Shown here piece after piece: positions 16,870 through 26,589 of a DNA stretch of 63,884 nucleotides. Below the pieces are notes generated by a model. It worked only from the letters and a program-made list of their open reading frames with translations, ran no database searches and was not told where the DNA came from. Within the stretch, counting starts at the first letter, position 1. Each line of letters opens with the position of its first letter. Source of the DNA: Myxococcales bacterium. Lineage in GTDB: Bacteria > Myxococcota > Myxococcia > Myxococcales > 40CM-4-68-19. The position numbers were made by a program, and so were the translations under genes. The stretch spans positions 1 to 63,884 of the forward strand of contig DASQBG010000223.1 in assembly GCA_035635335.1 (NCBI GenBank), read 5' to 3'.

Positions 16870-17349
16870 TCAGACGACTTCGAGTTCGTGGGGTTTGCCG
16901 GCGAAGATCTCCTCCGAGCCGGCGTGGCGGACGGTGCGGATGGTCACCTCGAAGTAGAGCCGCTCGCCGGCGAGAGGATGGTTCAAGTCCACCAGCACGG
17001 TGTCCTCTCGGACCTCCCGGACGGTGATCGGGTAGCTCTGCCCGCCCGAGGCGCGCGCGTAGAGGCACAGGCCGGGCTTCAGATCGACGTCGCCGGGGAA
17101 CAGCCCGCGCGGCAGCGTGATGACGTTGTCGTCCTTGCGGGCGCCGTAGGCGTCCTCGCAGGGGATGCTGAACGCTGCCTGCTCGCCTTCGCGCAGCCCC
17201 TCCAGGGCGCGCTCCAGCGCGGGGAGGATCTGGCCGCCGCCGTGAAGGTACTCGATGGGGTCCTTGCCCACGCTCGTCTCGACCATCTGGCCATCCCCGA
17301 GCCGAACCAGGTACTCCAGCGAGACCACGCGACCCAACTCTACGCGCAT
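16870..17349 (-). CDS. slyD: FKBP-type peptidyl-prolyl cis-trans isomerase (SlyD-like)
   Basis: 159 aa with VSLEYLVRLGDGQMVE, YLHGGGQILPALERALEGLREGE and VLVDLNHPLAGERLYFEVTI. This is the typical SlyD FKBP plus IF-domain pattern. Confidence 0.85.
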   Translation of the reverse strand: MRVELGRVVSLEYLVRLGDGQMVETSVGKDPIEYLHGGGQILPALERALEGLREGEQAAFSIPCEDAYGARKDDNVITLPRGLFPGDVDLKPGLCLYARASGGQSYPITVREVREDTVLVDLNHPLAGERLYFEVTIRTVRHAGSEEIFAGKPHELEVV

Positions 17350-17413
17350 GTCACCTCCACCAGACGAAGCTGGGCACGCGGCGGAAGGCGGGGAACCCGT
17401 CGTGGCAGGCAGA

Positions 17414-18616
17414 TCAGGCGGGCTGCGCAGCGCCGGGCCGGGCGAGGAGAAGGACCGCGGCGGCGGCCGCCAGCGCGGCGCCCAGCCCGAGCGCCGCTCC
17501 GGGCGAGACGTGGTCCCACAGCTCGCCTGCCAGCACCGACGCGACGAGCAGGCCGAAGCCAGACACGAGATTGTAAAGTCCGAGCGCGCGACCGCGCCGG
17601 TCCTGCGGCACCGACGAGGCGACGAGCGCGCGCTCGGTGCCCTCGGTCAGGCCGGCGACCAACCCGTAGGCGGCGAACAACGCCCAGGCCTGCCACGGAT
17701 CGGCGGCGACCGCGAACCCCAGGTAGCAGACCGCGTACAGCCCCCATCCTGCGGCCAGGGAGGCGCGGCGCCCCAGCCGATCCGCCAGGCGCCCCAGCGG
17801 CCACGAAGTCGCGGCGCGCACGACGTGGAGCTCGGTCCAGAGCACGGGCAGCAGAGCGGTCGGGACTCCGAGCCCTTGTGCCCGCAGCAGCAGCAGAGCG
17901 TCGGTCGAGTTGCCCAGGGTGAAGAGGAAGATCGAAGCGAGGAGCCCCGCCGGAGGGCGCCGGGCGAGGGTGTCGTTGGAGGTGGAGGTGGAGGTGGAGG
18001 TGGAGGTGGATGTCGAGGTCGAGGTCGGGATGGGGGTCGCGGCCGGCGCCTCCCGTACCGCGAACAGCAATGCGACGGCCAGCGCTCCGGGGATCGCCGC
18101 GAGGGCGAACACCAGGCGCAGTCGGCCGGGCCACACGAGCAGGAGCGCGGTGGCGACCAAGGGACCGACCGCCGCCCCGAGGTGGTCCATCCCGCGGTGG
18201 AACGAGAAAGCCTCCGCCAGCCGCTCGGGCTCGGCGCTGGCCGCGAGGAGCTTGTCCCGTGGCGAGGTGCGGATCCCCTTCCCCACCCGGTCCACGCACC
18301 GCACCGCGAACACGTGCCAGGGCGATTGCGCCAGCGCGAGCAGCGGCCGGACGGCGGCGGCCAGTGCGTAGCCGCCGACCGCCATCGGAAGCAGCCGGCG
18401 CACCCGGTCCGCCCAGCGGCCCGAGAGGTACTTGAAGAAGCTGGCGGTGGCCTCGGCGGCGCCTTCGATGACGCCCAGCGCCTCGGCCCCGCCGCCCAGC
18501 GCGACCAGGAACGCGGGCAGGAGCGGCACCACCATCTCGCTCGAGACGTCGCCGAGAAGCGAGACCAGCCCGAGGAGGAAGACGTTGCGCGAGACGCCCC
18601 TGCGGCCAGAGAGCAT
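17414..18616 (-). CDS. MFS transporter
   Basis: 400 aa with 12 hydrophobic segments. It has an MFS loop motif GRWADRVRRLLPM and a second-half motif GRLADRLGRR. The central loop carries a (Thr-Ser)n tract. Confidence 0.85.
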   Translation of the reverse strand: MLSGRRGVSRNVFLLGLVSLLGDVSSEMVVPLLPAFLVALGGGAEALGVIEGAAEATASFFKYLSGRWADRVRRLLPMAVGGYALAAAVRPLLALAQSPWHVFAVRCVDRVGKGIRTSPRDKLLAASAEPERLAEAFSFHRGMDHLGAAVGPLVATALLLVWPGRLRLVFALAAIPGALAVALLFAVREAPAATPIPTSTSTSTSTSTSTSTSNDTLARRPPAGLLASIFLFTLGNSTDALLLLRAQGLGVPTALLPVLWTELHVVRAATSWPLGRLADRLGRRASLAAGWGLYAVCYLGFAVAADPWQAWALFAAYGLVAGLTEGTERALVASSVPQDRRGRALGLYNLVSGFGLLVASVLAGELWDHVSPGAALGLGAALAAAAAVLLLARPGAAQPA

Positions 18617-18635
18617 CGCAGGGCCCGCGGCTGGC

Positions 18636-21065
18636 CTACTTGCCGGCTGCGCGCGCCGGCGCGGCCTCGAGGACGCGCAACGACGGCCGGGCGTCGGGAG
18701 GCGCTTCGGGCCGGGCCGAGTAGATCCCGTGCAGCGTCTCGGCGAAGCTGCGCGCGACGGCGTCGAGATCGCGCAGCGTCAGATCGCACTCGACGAGCTG
18801 GCCGTCGGCGGCGATCTGCTGGATGGCCTTGTCGACCAGCTGCCGCAGCGTGCCTGCGTCGGCCTCGTTCACGTTGCGCGAGGTGGCCACCACCATGTCG
18901 CCGATCATCACCAGCGCCGCTTCACGCGATTGCGGGCGCGGCCCGCCGTAACGGAACTCGGCCTCGGACGGGGGAGGCTCGCCCTTGCGCTCGGCTTCCT
19001 CCTTCGCGCGGTGGAAGAAGTAGCCGATCAGCCGGGTGCCGTGGTGCTGCTCGATGAAATCGATCGCCGCCTGGGGCAGCTTCGCCTTCCGGGCCAGCTC
19101 CACGCCGTCGGTCACATGGCGGTGGATCAGCTTGGCGCTCATCTGCGGCTGCAGGGCGTCGTGCCGGTTCTCGCCCTTCTGGTTCTCGCCGAAAAAGAGC
19201 GGGTTCTTGCCCTTGCCGATGTCGTGGTAGTAGGCGCCCACCCGCGCGAGCAGCGGGTTCGCGCCAATCTGCTGCGCGGCCGCCTCGACCATCGCGCCGA
19301 TCACGATGCCGTGGTGGTAGGTGCCGGGCGCTTGGACGATCAGGTCCTTGAGCAGCGGGTGGTTGAAGTTCGCCAGCTCGCGCAGCTGGATGTCGGTCAC
19401 GTACCCGAACATCCATTCGAACACCGGCGCGGCGAAGAGCACGAGGAGCGGTACCAGGAGCGCCCCTCCCAGGCCGGCGCCCGACAGCGCCGCGGCCGTC
19501 TCCATCGTCCAGAAGCGGCCCTGGAAAAGCGCGAACGAGGCCAAGACGCAGACCGATGCCGCGCCGGTCCACAGGCCCGCCTGGAACACGGCGCCGCGGG
19601 TACGGGCGTGCGCCACGCGGTCCGCGGCGACCACGCCGGAGACCAGCGCGAGCACCGCCGGCTGCAGGCCGCTGCCCACCATCACCCCGCAGAGGGGGGC
19701 GAACCCCGCCGTCCACACCAGCGCCGCCTCGCTGGTCAAGAGGAACCTGACCAGCATGGAGCCGGCCGCGTACGGGACCGCGGCGAGCAGCGCCTCCCCC
19801 GCCCAGGTCCACCAGACGCCCTGCAGCCTCTCTCGCAGCAGGTCATGCAGCGTCTCGGCGCCGAGCAGGCTTCCGCGCACCGCCAGGAGCTGCAGCACCA
19901 GGACGGCGGCGAGCATCACCACGTCCCGGGTGCGCAACCGGAACCGCCGGACGTTGCGGCGGGCGAAGACGTACAGGGCGAAGCAGATCAGCGCCGCGAA
20001 GAGGGCGCCGCCCCAGCGCACCTGCTCGTCGCTCGCAGCCCGGCCGGCGGCGCGCATCGCCTGGAAGATGAGGAGGTGCGTCTTGGTGATCGGCTCGCCC
20101 GCCTCGATGATCCGCTCGCCGCGGCGGATCTGCAGCACCGCTTCCTTCACCGCCGCGCGCTTCTCGTCCTGCCGGCGGCGCGTCTCGGCGTCGTCGTAGG
20201 CCAGGTTGGGCCGGGTGGCGCGGCGGACTGCCTGCGCGACGGCGTGGCGCAACTGCGGCGAGAGCTGCGAGAGCTTCTCTTGCGCGGCGCGGTCGATGTC
20301 GGCGCGCACCTGGGCGAGATCGCGGACGCGATCGATCTCGTCTCGCCCCATCTGCCGCTCGGGCGGGACCATCCCATACGGGCCCGCGGCGCCCACCGCC
20401 AGCGCCCGCGGATCGCCCGGCAGCGAACGGACCACGATGCCGCGCTCGCGGTCGGCGGCGAGCAGCTCGCGCTCGGCGACCGCGTAGCCGCGGTTCGCGG
20501 CCTCGACCAGCGGATCGGCCGCGCGCTCCACGGAGGGATCGAAGCCGGCGCGGGCGAGCTCGAGGTAGTCCTCCTCGTCGATCACCGCCTGCAGCGCTTT
20601 CCAGAATTCGTCCCGCTGGGTGAGCAGACCCCGGACCAGCTCGTCCTGCTCGGGAGAGCGCCGCTTGCCGCGATCGGCGAGGCGCGCCGCTTTTTCCGGG
20701 TTCTGGCGCTTCCACTGCTCGATCGCGGCGCGGCCCTGCGCGAAGGCGGAGGCGATCCGCTGCCGCAGGACATCGCCGGCGCTCAGGTCGAAGTCGTAGA
20801 CCGCCCACACCGAGCGCGCCGCCTCCTCGCGCTTCTGCGCAGTCGCCTCGCGGTCGCGCACGTCGAAGTCGCGCGGCGCCCGGATGGTCGCGGCGGCGAT
20901 CTGCCCGAGTGAATCGTCGCCCGGGATGGACGGCGTCAGCCGGGAAGGAGTGAGCAGGAAAGTGGCGCTCGCGGCCACGGCGCCCAGCACGGCGAGCTGC
21001 AGCAGCGCGCGGAAACGCCGCCGGCGCATCAAACGGCGCCAGACGCCGTCGGTGGAGGTGGTCAC
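18636..21065 (-). CDS. 7TM-receptor / HD-GYP-type HDIG phosphohydrolase (PgpH/YqfF family)
   Basis: 809 aa. It has a large N-terminal extracytoplasmic domain, a 7-helix block, and a C-terminal HD domain (HHGIVIGAMVE ... AYYHDIGKGKNPLFF ... IEQHHGT). Confidence 0.88.
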   Translation of the reverse strand: MTTSTDGVWRRLMRRRRFRALLQLAVLGAVAASATFLLTPSRLTPSIPGDDSLGQIAAATIRAPRDFDVRDREATAQKREEAARSVWAVYDFDLSAGDVLRQRIASAFAQGRAAIEQWKRQNPEKAARLADRGKRRSPEQDELVRGLLTQRDEFWKALQAVIDEEDYLELARAGFDPSVERAADPLVEAANRGYAVAERELLAADRERGIVVRSLPGDPRALAVGAAGPYGMVPPERQMGRDEIDRVRDLAQVRADIDRAAQEKLSQLSPQLRHAVAQAVRRATRPNLAYDDAETRRRQDEKRAAVKEAVLQIRRGERIIEAGEPITKTHLLIFQAMRAAGRAASDEQVRWGGALFAALICFALYVFARRNVRRFRLRTRDVVMLAAVLVLQLLAVRGSLLGAETLHDLLRERLQGVWWTWAGEALLAAVPYAAGSMLVRFLLTSEAALVWTAGFAPLCGVMVGSGLQPAVLALVSGVVAADRVAHARTRGAVFQAGLWTGAASVCVLASFALFQGRFWTMETAAALSGAGLGGALLVPLLVLFAAPVFEWMFGYVTDIQLRELANFNHPLLKDLIVQAPGTYHHGIVIGAMVEAAAQQIGANPLLARVGAYYHDIGKGKNPLFFGENQKGENRHDALQPQMSAKLIHRHVTDGVELARKAKLPQAAIDFIEQHHGTRLIGYFFHRAKEEAERKGEPPPSEAEFRYGGPRPQSREAALVMIGDMVVATSRNVNEADAGTLRQLVDKAIQQIAADGQLVECDLTLRDLDAVARSFAETLHGIYSARPEAPPDARPSLRVLEAAPARAAGK

Positions 21066-21086
21066 GGACTGGCGATATTAGCAGGT

Positions 21087-22394
21087 TCAGCGCTTTTGCG
21101 CCTCGGCCAGCTTCTTCCGCAATTGCGCTTCCAGGTCCGGGCTACGCTGGGTCCGGGGCAGCTCACGGACGACCTCGAGCTGCTCCTGCACCACCGCCGC
21201 GGTGGGCTTCCCCTCCTTGTCCAAGATGCGCGCCTTGAGGCCCAGCACTCCGATCCGCCGCTGGCCGCGGGTCATCTTCGAAAGCGCGCGATCCACCGCC
21301 GCCTCGGCTTCGGGCAGCTTCCCTTGCTCGAGCAGCACGCGCGCGAGGCGGGCCGGCGGGTTGTAGTCCTCCGGCATCTGCTTCTCGCGCCCGGCGAGGA
21401 GCTGCTCGGCCTTCCCGGGCTCCTTCAAGTACAGGTACGTGTCCGTCCGGTGGGCGTCGAAGGTGGACGCCATCGTCGCGTCGGGCGCGCTCGCGGCCGC
21501 TTCCTCGAGCAACCTGGCGCGCGCCTGCGCCACCTGCACCGCCTGCTCGTGCCGGCGCGACACGTCGAGCAGCTCCATGAGATTGGCCTGCGCGTCGCTG
21601 CGGTCGTCGACCGAGAGCGGCGCGTCCGCGCGGGCGATCAGCCGCTCGAGCCGGGCGACGCTCTTCTCGCGCAGCGCCGCCGCCTGGACGTCGGCCGCGG
21701 GCAGCCGGCCCGCGCACGCGTCGGTCGCGCTCAAGAAGTCGGTCGCGATGGAGGTGTCGCCGGTGTGGTCCATCTCCCGCGCTCCCAGCTGCACGCATTC
21801 GCGCGCCGACTCGGGGGACTTCGAGCGCGCGAGCGCCATCGAGAGCAGGACGAGCCGCTCGGGCCGGGCCGGGTCGTCCTTCCTGGTCAGCTCCAGGGCC
21901 TTGCGGTAGGCGGCCGCGGCCGCCGCGAAGTCGCCCTTGGCGCGGGCCTCGTACCCCTTGTGCAGCTCGGCCGTGGCCGCATCGGGCTTCTCCTTGCCCG
22001 CCGCGGCTCGCGCGCCCTCCTGCACGAAGGCGCGGAAGTCGTTGACGCTGGCGGCGCCGATCCAGCGGCCCACCACGCGCTCTCCGCGGGGCTCGATCAC
22101 CAGGAAGGTCGGCCAGGCATCCAGCGGAAAGCGATCGAGGAAGGAGTTGTTCTTCGGGTTCTCGCTGTCGATGGCGAGCCACACCACTGCGTCCTTCACC
22201 GGCCGCAGCCCCGCATCCGGGAACACGAACCGCTTCATCGACAGGCAGGTGTGGCACCACAGCGCCCAGGTATCGACCAGGACCGGCTTCCGCTCCTTGC
22301 GCGCCTGCGCGAGCGCCTTGGGATAGTCGTCCTCGATGAACTCGATCCCCGACGCGTTCGCCGCCAGCGCGGCCGCCACGATCATCGCGAGCAT
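21087..22394 (-). CDS. Secreted thioredoxin-fold protein with a TPR-like C-terminal domain
   Basis: The start is taken at ATG 22394 (MLAMIVAAALAANASG, signal). It has a Trx motif VLVDTWALWCHTCLSM (CxxC), followed by a helical-repeat region. Confidence 0.75.
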   Translation of the reverse strand: MLAMIVAAALAANASGIEFIEDDYPKALAQARKERKPVLVDTWALWCHTCLSMKRFVFPDAGLRPVKDAVVWLAIDSENPKNNSFLDRFPLDAWPTFLVIEPRGERVVGRWIGAASVNDFRAFVQEGARAAAGKEKPDAATAELHKGYEARAKGDFAAAAAAYRKALELTRKDDPARPERLVLLSMALARSKSPESARECVQLGAREMDHTGDTSIATDFLSATDACAGRLPAADVQAAALREKSVARLERLIARADAPLSVDDRSDAQANLMELLDVSRRHEQAVQVAQARARLLEEAAASAPDATMASTFDAHRTDTYLYLKEPGKAEQLLAGREKQMPEDYNPPARLARVLLEQGKLPEAEAAVDRALSKMTRGQRRIGVLGLKARILDKEGKPTAAVVQEQLEVVRELPRTQRSPDLEAQLRKKLAEAQKR

Positions 22395-22443
22395 GTTCTC
22401 TTCTCCAGAGGTCGCGTCAACCGCCAGCCGCAATCCGCCAGCC

Positions 22444-23403
22444 CTATTTCTTCGCCGCCGCTTCGTAGGCGCGCACCACTTCCTGCACCAGCGGGTGCCG
22501 CACCACGTCGCGGTCGCTGAACTCGACGAACCGGATGCCTTCCACGTCGCGCAGGATCTCGCGCGCCTCGTTCATCCCCGAAGGCTTGCCGGCGGGCAGA
22601 TCGACCTGGGTGGCGTCGCCGGTGACCACGGCCTTCGATCCAAAGCCCAGCCGGGTGAGGAACATCTTCATCTGCTCGGTGGTGGTGTTCTGCGCCTCGT
22701 CGAGGATGACGAAGGAGTCGTTGAGCGTCCGCCCCCGCATGAAGGCCAGCGGAGCGACCTCGACCGTGCCGCGCTCGAGCAGGTCCTGCGCGCGGTCCAT
22801 GTCCATCAAGTCGTGCAGTGCGTCGTAGAGGGGACGCAGGTACGGGCTCACCTTCTCCGCCAGATCGCCCGGGAGGAAGCCGAGCTTCTCGCCCGCCTCG
22901 ACCGCCGGCCGGCACAGGACGATCCGCTTCACCCGCCGCTCCACCAGGGCGGCCACGGCCATGGCCATCGCCAGGTACGTCTTCCCGGTGCCCGCCGGAC
23001 CGATGCCGAAGACGATGTCGTATCTGCGGATGGCGTCGATGTAAGCCTTCTGGGCAAAGCCCTTCGGCGTGACCGGCCGGTTGCGGCTGGTGATGTAGAC
23101 GGTGTCGAGGAAGATCTCCCGCAGGTCCGCGCCCGGGTCGCTCAGCAGCACCTTGCACGCCTGCTCCACGTCCTCGAGGCCCAGCGGGTACTTCTTCTCG
23201 ATCAGCGCGTTGAGCTGCGCGAGCAGGCGCTCGGCGAGCTGCACCCGGTCGGGCTCGCCCGAGATGAGGAACACGTTGCCGCGCTGTCCGATGTGGACCC
23301 CGAGGCGCTTCTCCACCAGCCTCAGGTTCTCACTGCGGCCCCCCGCGAGGGCCCTTGCTCCGTCGTTGTCGATCAGCTCCAGGCGAGCGGAAGGTTCTGC
23401 CAT
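22444..23403 (-). CDS. phoH: PhoH-family ATPase
   Basis: The ATG at 23403 gives [10 protein letters not shown]. Walker A is [33 protein letters not shown] and [11 protein letters not shown] (Walker B) follow. Track ORF 22444..23628 is over-extended. Confidence 0.95.
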   Translation of the reverse strand: MAEPSARLELIDNDGARALAGGRSENLRLVEKRLGVHIGQRGNVFLISGEPDRVQLAERLLAQLNALIEKKYPLGLEDVEQACKVLLSDPGADLREIFLDTVYITSRNRPVTPKGFAQKAYIDAIRRYDIVFGIGPAGTGKTYLAMAMAVAALVERRVKRIVLCRPAVEAGEKLGFLPGDLAEKVSPYLRPLYDALHDLMDMDRAQDLLERGTVEVAPLAFMRGRTLNDSFVILDEAQNTTTEQMKMFLTRLGFGSKAVVTGDATQVDLPAGKPSGMNEAREILRDVEGIRFVEFSDRDVVRHPLVQEVVRAYEAAAKK

Positions 23404-23413
23404 CAGCGTCTTA

Positions 23414-24532
23414 TTAATCGAGCGGAGGGAGCAAGACAAACCCGTGCGGCGTCCTCCGGTAATGATAAGGCTGGCGGAACGGGTAGCGCAGGTCCTCCTC
23501 GGCCACCACCCGCGCCTCGACCAGCTGGCGCAGCTCGCGGGGGTACTCGCCGTGCTCCAGCCGGTACAGCTCCAGCGCGCTCTCCAGCCGGAGCAGCTGG
23601 CCGCGCGAGAGCAGCCGCGCCACCGCACCGCGGCGGGCGGGATTTTCCGTCCGGGTCGCCCCCAGGGCGGGAGCCATCAGGTGCACGAGGAACAAGGTCG
23701 CGGCGAAGAAGGCGGCGGAGAACGCCAGCCGGAGGAGCGCCCCGCTCCTCGCCAGGCGCCGCCCGCCCTCGGCGAGCCCCTTCACCGCCGCCCGCGTGCC
23801 GCGCTCGGGCGGCAGCACCTTGACGTAGCCCCATTCCTGTAGCTCGACCAGCGCCTTGAGCGCCTCGAACTCCCCCAGGAGCGACACGTCCGCGACCTTT
23901 TCGGCCGTGCGGCCCTCCACGGCCAGGCGATACGCCAACCGGTGGCTCTCGGTCGGCGTGCCGCCGCCGCCGTCGCCGTCCGGTGGGCTGTCGATGCCCT
24001 TCACCCGCTCGAAGGTGGCGTCATTCCACGGGATCTTCTTGCGGACCGCCGGCCACTCGTCCATGCGCCGGAAGCCTTCCAGGAGGATCGCCTCCGCCCG
24101 GATGGGCTCGAACCCGCTCTTGCCGGCGTCGACGTCCTCCTGGGTGAACTCGTACGTGCCGGTCTTCCAGCGGAACAGGCGGTAGAGCGTCTCGGTGGTC
24201 TGCAGGCGCATCACCTGGGAGAGCGTCGCCGCGTCGACGAAGCTCTGCTGCACCAGGACGTCGCCGAGGCGCTTGAGGCTCCGCTGCTGCTCGGTGAGCG
24301 CCTCCTGCAGCTTCTCCTCGGTGATCAGCTCCGCCCGCTGGAGCAGCGCGCCCAACAGGTCCGCCTTGTTGCGCGCCTTCTGGGTGGCGAACACCACCGT
24401 GCCGTCGACGAAGAGGACGTCCACTTCGTCGTTGCCGCTCTTGAGCACCAGCGTGCCCGTCTTCGTCTGGTGCCCGATGAGCTGGAGGATGTCGGCGATG
24501 CCGAAGTCCTTGAGCGTGCCGGAGAGCGCCAT
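23414..24532 (-). CDS. DUF4388-domain protein with a C-terminal TM segment
   Basis: 372 aa. The N-terminus MALSGTLKDFGIADILQLIGHQTKTGTLVL is the DUF4388 signature. A hydrophobic helix (LLRLAFSAAFFAATLFLVHLM) lies near residue 270. Confidence 0.8.
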   Translation of the reverse strand: MALSGTLKDFGIADILQLIGHQTKTGTLVLKSGNDEVDVLFVDGTVVFATQKARNKADLLGALLQRAELITEEKLQEALTEQQRSLKRLGDVLVQQSFVDAATLSQVMRLQTTETLYRLFRWKTGTYEFTQEDVDAGKSGFEPIRAEAILLEGFRRMDEWPAVRKKIPWNDATFERVKGIDSPPDGDGGGGTPTESHRLAYRLAVEGRTAEKVADVSLLGEFEALKALVELQEWGYVKVLPPERGTRAAVKGLAEGGRRLARSGALLRLAFSAAFFAATLFLVHLMAPALGATRTENPARRGAVARLLSRGQLLRLESALELYRLEHGEYPRELRQLVEARVVAEEDLRYPFRQPYHYRRTPHGFVLLPPLD

Positions 24533-26509
24533 CTATGCGCCCTCCGCCCGCTGCTTGGCCATGAGATTCCGCAGGCAGATCGCCCAGACGAGGAGGAAAC
24601 AGGCGATCGTAGCGCCGACGCGCAGCAGCGAGATGCTGGATCGCACCGCCACTGGATCGCGCGCCAACCCGTGCCAGAACAGGACGCTGGAGGCGAGCAG
24701 GCCGGTGAGCAGCAGGAAGACGACGCCCGAGACGGGATAGCCGAGCAGGACGTGCCCGGCGCCGGAGAGCAGGTTGAAGGCGCGGGCGAGGAGCGTGCGG
24801 CGCCGCTGGTAGGCGTGGACGGCGACCTCCTTGCGGATGCGCTCGGTCGGGTCGACGCCGGTGCGCCGCACGAAGACGTTCACGCACTGCGCGCAGAGCG
24901 CCTCGGAGGGGCGGGCGTCGCCGTCGCAGCGCTTGCACACTTCGCGCCCGCAGCGCTCGCACCGCCCGCTCGGACGGATGCGGTGCCGCAGCGCATGCAG
25001 CGCCACCAATCCCACCGCCGCCAGCAGCGGCAGCGCGGTCGCGGCGCCCGCCGGCAGCGGACCGGCGAGGATCGCGCGCACCTCGTCGTCCACGGGCGCG
25101 GCCACCCGCGCCTCCGCGTCCAGGAGCGGCCCGAGCATCGACTCGTCGAGCGGGACGTCGAGCAGGAACTTGTTCGATCGGCGGTTCACCCCCAGCTGAC
25201 CGCCGGTGAAGGCGTCGATGCCGGCGCGGTCCAGGTCCAGCGCGCGGGCCTGCTCGGCCTGCACCTTCTCCAGGGAGTCCACTCCACCCAGGGCGTACGC
25301 CCGGCTCAGGTTGAAGTGCGGGGCGGCCAGGTTGTCCTGCAGGTCCATCGCCTTCTGGTACTCGGGCACCGCGCGCTGCGCGTCGTTCAAGAGCAGGTAG
25401 ACGGTGCCGAGGTTGTTGTGCGCGGCAGCCAGGGCCCGATAGGAACCGCCCTGCCCTGCATCCAGCGCCTTTCGGTAGAGCTGCTCCGCCTGCGCCAGGT
25501 CGCCTTCCCGTTTGGCCTTGTGCGCCAGGGCGAAGGCCACCGCCATCTCCGGCTTGCCCGAGCGCAGCCTCTCTTGCAGCCGCCGGAGCTCGCGGGGGGT
25601 GCCCTCTCCGTGCTCCAGCGCCCACACGTCCGCGGCCGGCCCCCCGAACGCGGCCACCCGCGCCAGCCCGTCGGACGCGAACGGAAGCGACGCGAGCAGG
25701 ACCAGGGCGAGGCAGCCCAGCGCCACCTCGGCGGCGCTGGCGTACAGCGCCACGGCAAAGAGGAGCGTGAAGAGGAGCGGGACGAACCCGGCCTGGAGGA
25801 GGAGCGGCGAGAGGATCAGCGCCGCAGCGAGGAGGTTCGTCTGCCAGCGCCGGGCCCCGGCGGGGAACAGGTGGCGCACGTCGTGGACGTAGAGTTGCGC
25901 ATAGCGCAAGAAGAGCAGCAGCACGAAGGCGAAGGCCGCCCCCAGGACGCCCGTGAGCGCGACCCCTCCGGCGTTGACCGCCAGGGCCCGACCCATGCGG
26001 GGGTCGGCCAGCGCCGCCCGGAGAGCGGCCAGGGCGGATGCCCCCGCTGCCGAGAGCGCGCTCGGGTCCTCGGCCAGCGTGGCGCGCGCGAGGCAGATAT
26101 GAGCGGCGGGGAGGGCTGGAGCCAGCTCGACGGCCAGCTTGCACGCCTTGCGCGCCAGGGCCGGCGACTCGGCGGCGAGCGTCTCGTGGCTCTCGCGCAC
26201 CAGCGCGGCGGCCACGCCGAACACGTTCTCCAGCGCCAGCTCGTCCTTGAGCTGGCGGACGCGCTGCTCCTCGTCCTCGGCCCGGCGCTGGTCGCGTTCG
26301 CGCAGGTATTCGCGGCGCTGGGCCCAGTGCGCCATCAGATCGGCGCTCTTCTCCGCGGGCAGGATCGAGACCTGGCCGGGTGGAGGCGGCGCCGGGGGAG
26401 CGACGACCGGAGGCGGCGCCTCGACGTCTTCCGCGCGCACGCCGTACGCCGCGGCGCAGGCGAACAGCGCCGCAATCGCGACCGCGCGCCGCGTCGTCGA
26501 GGAAACCAC
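24533..26509 (-). CDS. Membrane TPR protein with an internal zinc-ribbon (CxxC...CxxC)
   Basis: 658 aa with a signal/anchor and several TM helices. It has TPR units (AEQLYRKALDAG, NNLGTVYLLLNDAQRAVPEYQKAM) and a zinc ribbon CERCGREVCKRCDGDARPSEALCAQC, followed by further TM helices. Its stop abuts the start of 23414..24532. Confidence 0.75.
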   Translation of the reverse strand: MVSSTTRRAVAIAALFACAAAYGVRAEDVEAPPPVVAPPAPPPPGQVSILPAEKSADLMAHWAQRREYLRERDQRRAEDEEQRVRQLKDELALENVFGVAAALVRESHETLAAESPALARKACKLAVELAPALPAAHICLARATLAEDPSALSAAGASALAALRAALADPRMGRALAVNAGGVALTGVLGAAFAFVLLLFLRYAQLYVHDVRHLFPAGARRWQTNLLAAALILSPLLLQAGFVPLLFTLLFAVALYASAAEVALGCLALVLLASLPFASDGLARVAAFGGPAADVWALEHGEGTPRELRRLQERLRSGKPEMAVAFALAHKAKREGDLAQAEQLYRKALDAGQGGSYRALAAAHNNLGTVYLLLNDAQRAVPEYQKAMDLQDNLAAPHFNLSRAYALGGVDSLEKVQAEQARALDLDRAGIDAFTGGQLGVNRRSNKFLLDVPLDESMLGPLLDAEARVAAPVDDEVRAILAGPLPAGAATALPLLAAVGLVALHALRHRIRPSGRCERCGREVCKRCDGDARPSEALCAQCVNVFVRRTGVDPTERIRKEVAVHAYQRRRTLLARAFNLLSGAGHVLLGYPVSGVVFLLLTGLLASSVLFWHGLARDPVAVRSSISLLRVGATIACFLLVWAICLRNLMAKQRAEGA

Positions 26510-26589
26510 GCGTTCATCCTACCGGCCGCCTCGAAAGCCCAGCAAGGAATCGGCTCTGACGGAGGGGCGCATGTGGTAGACCGCCCGCC

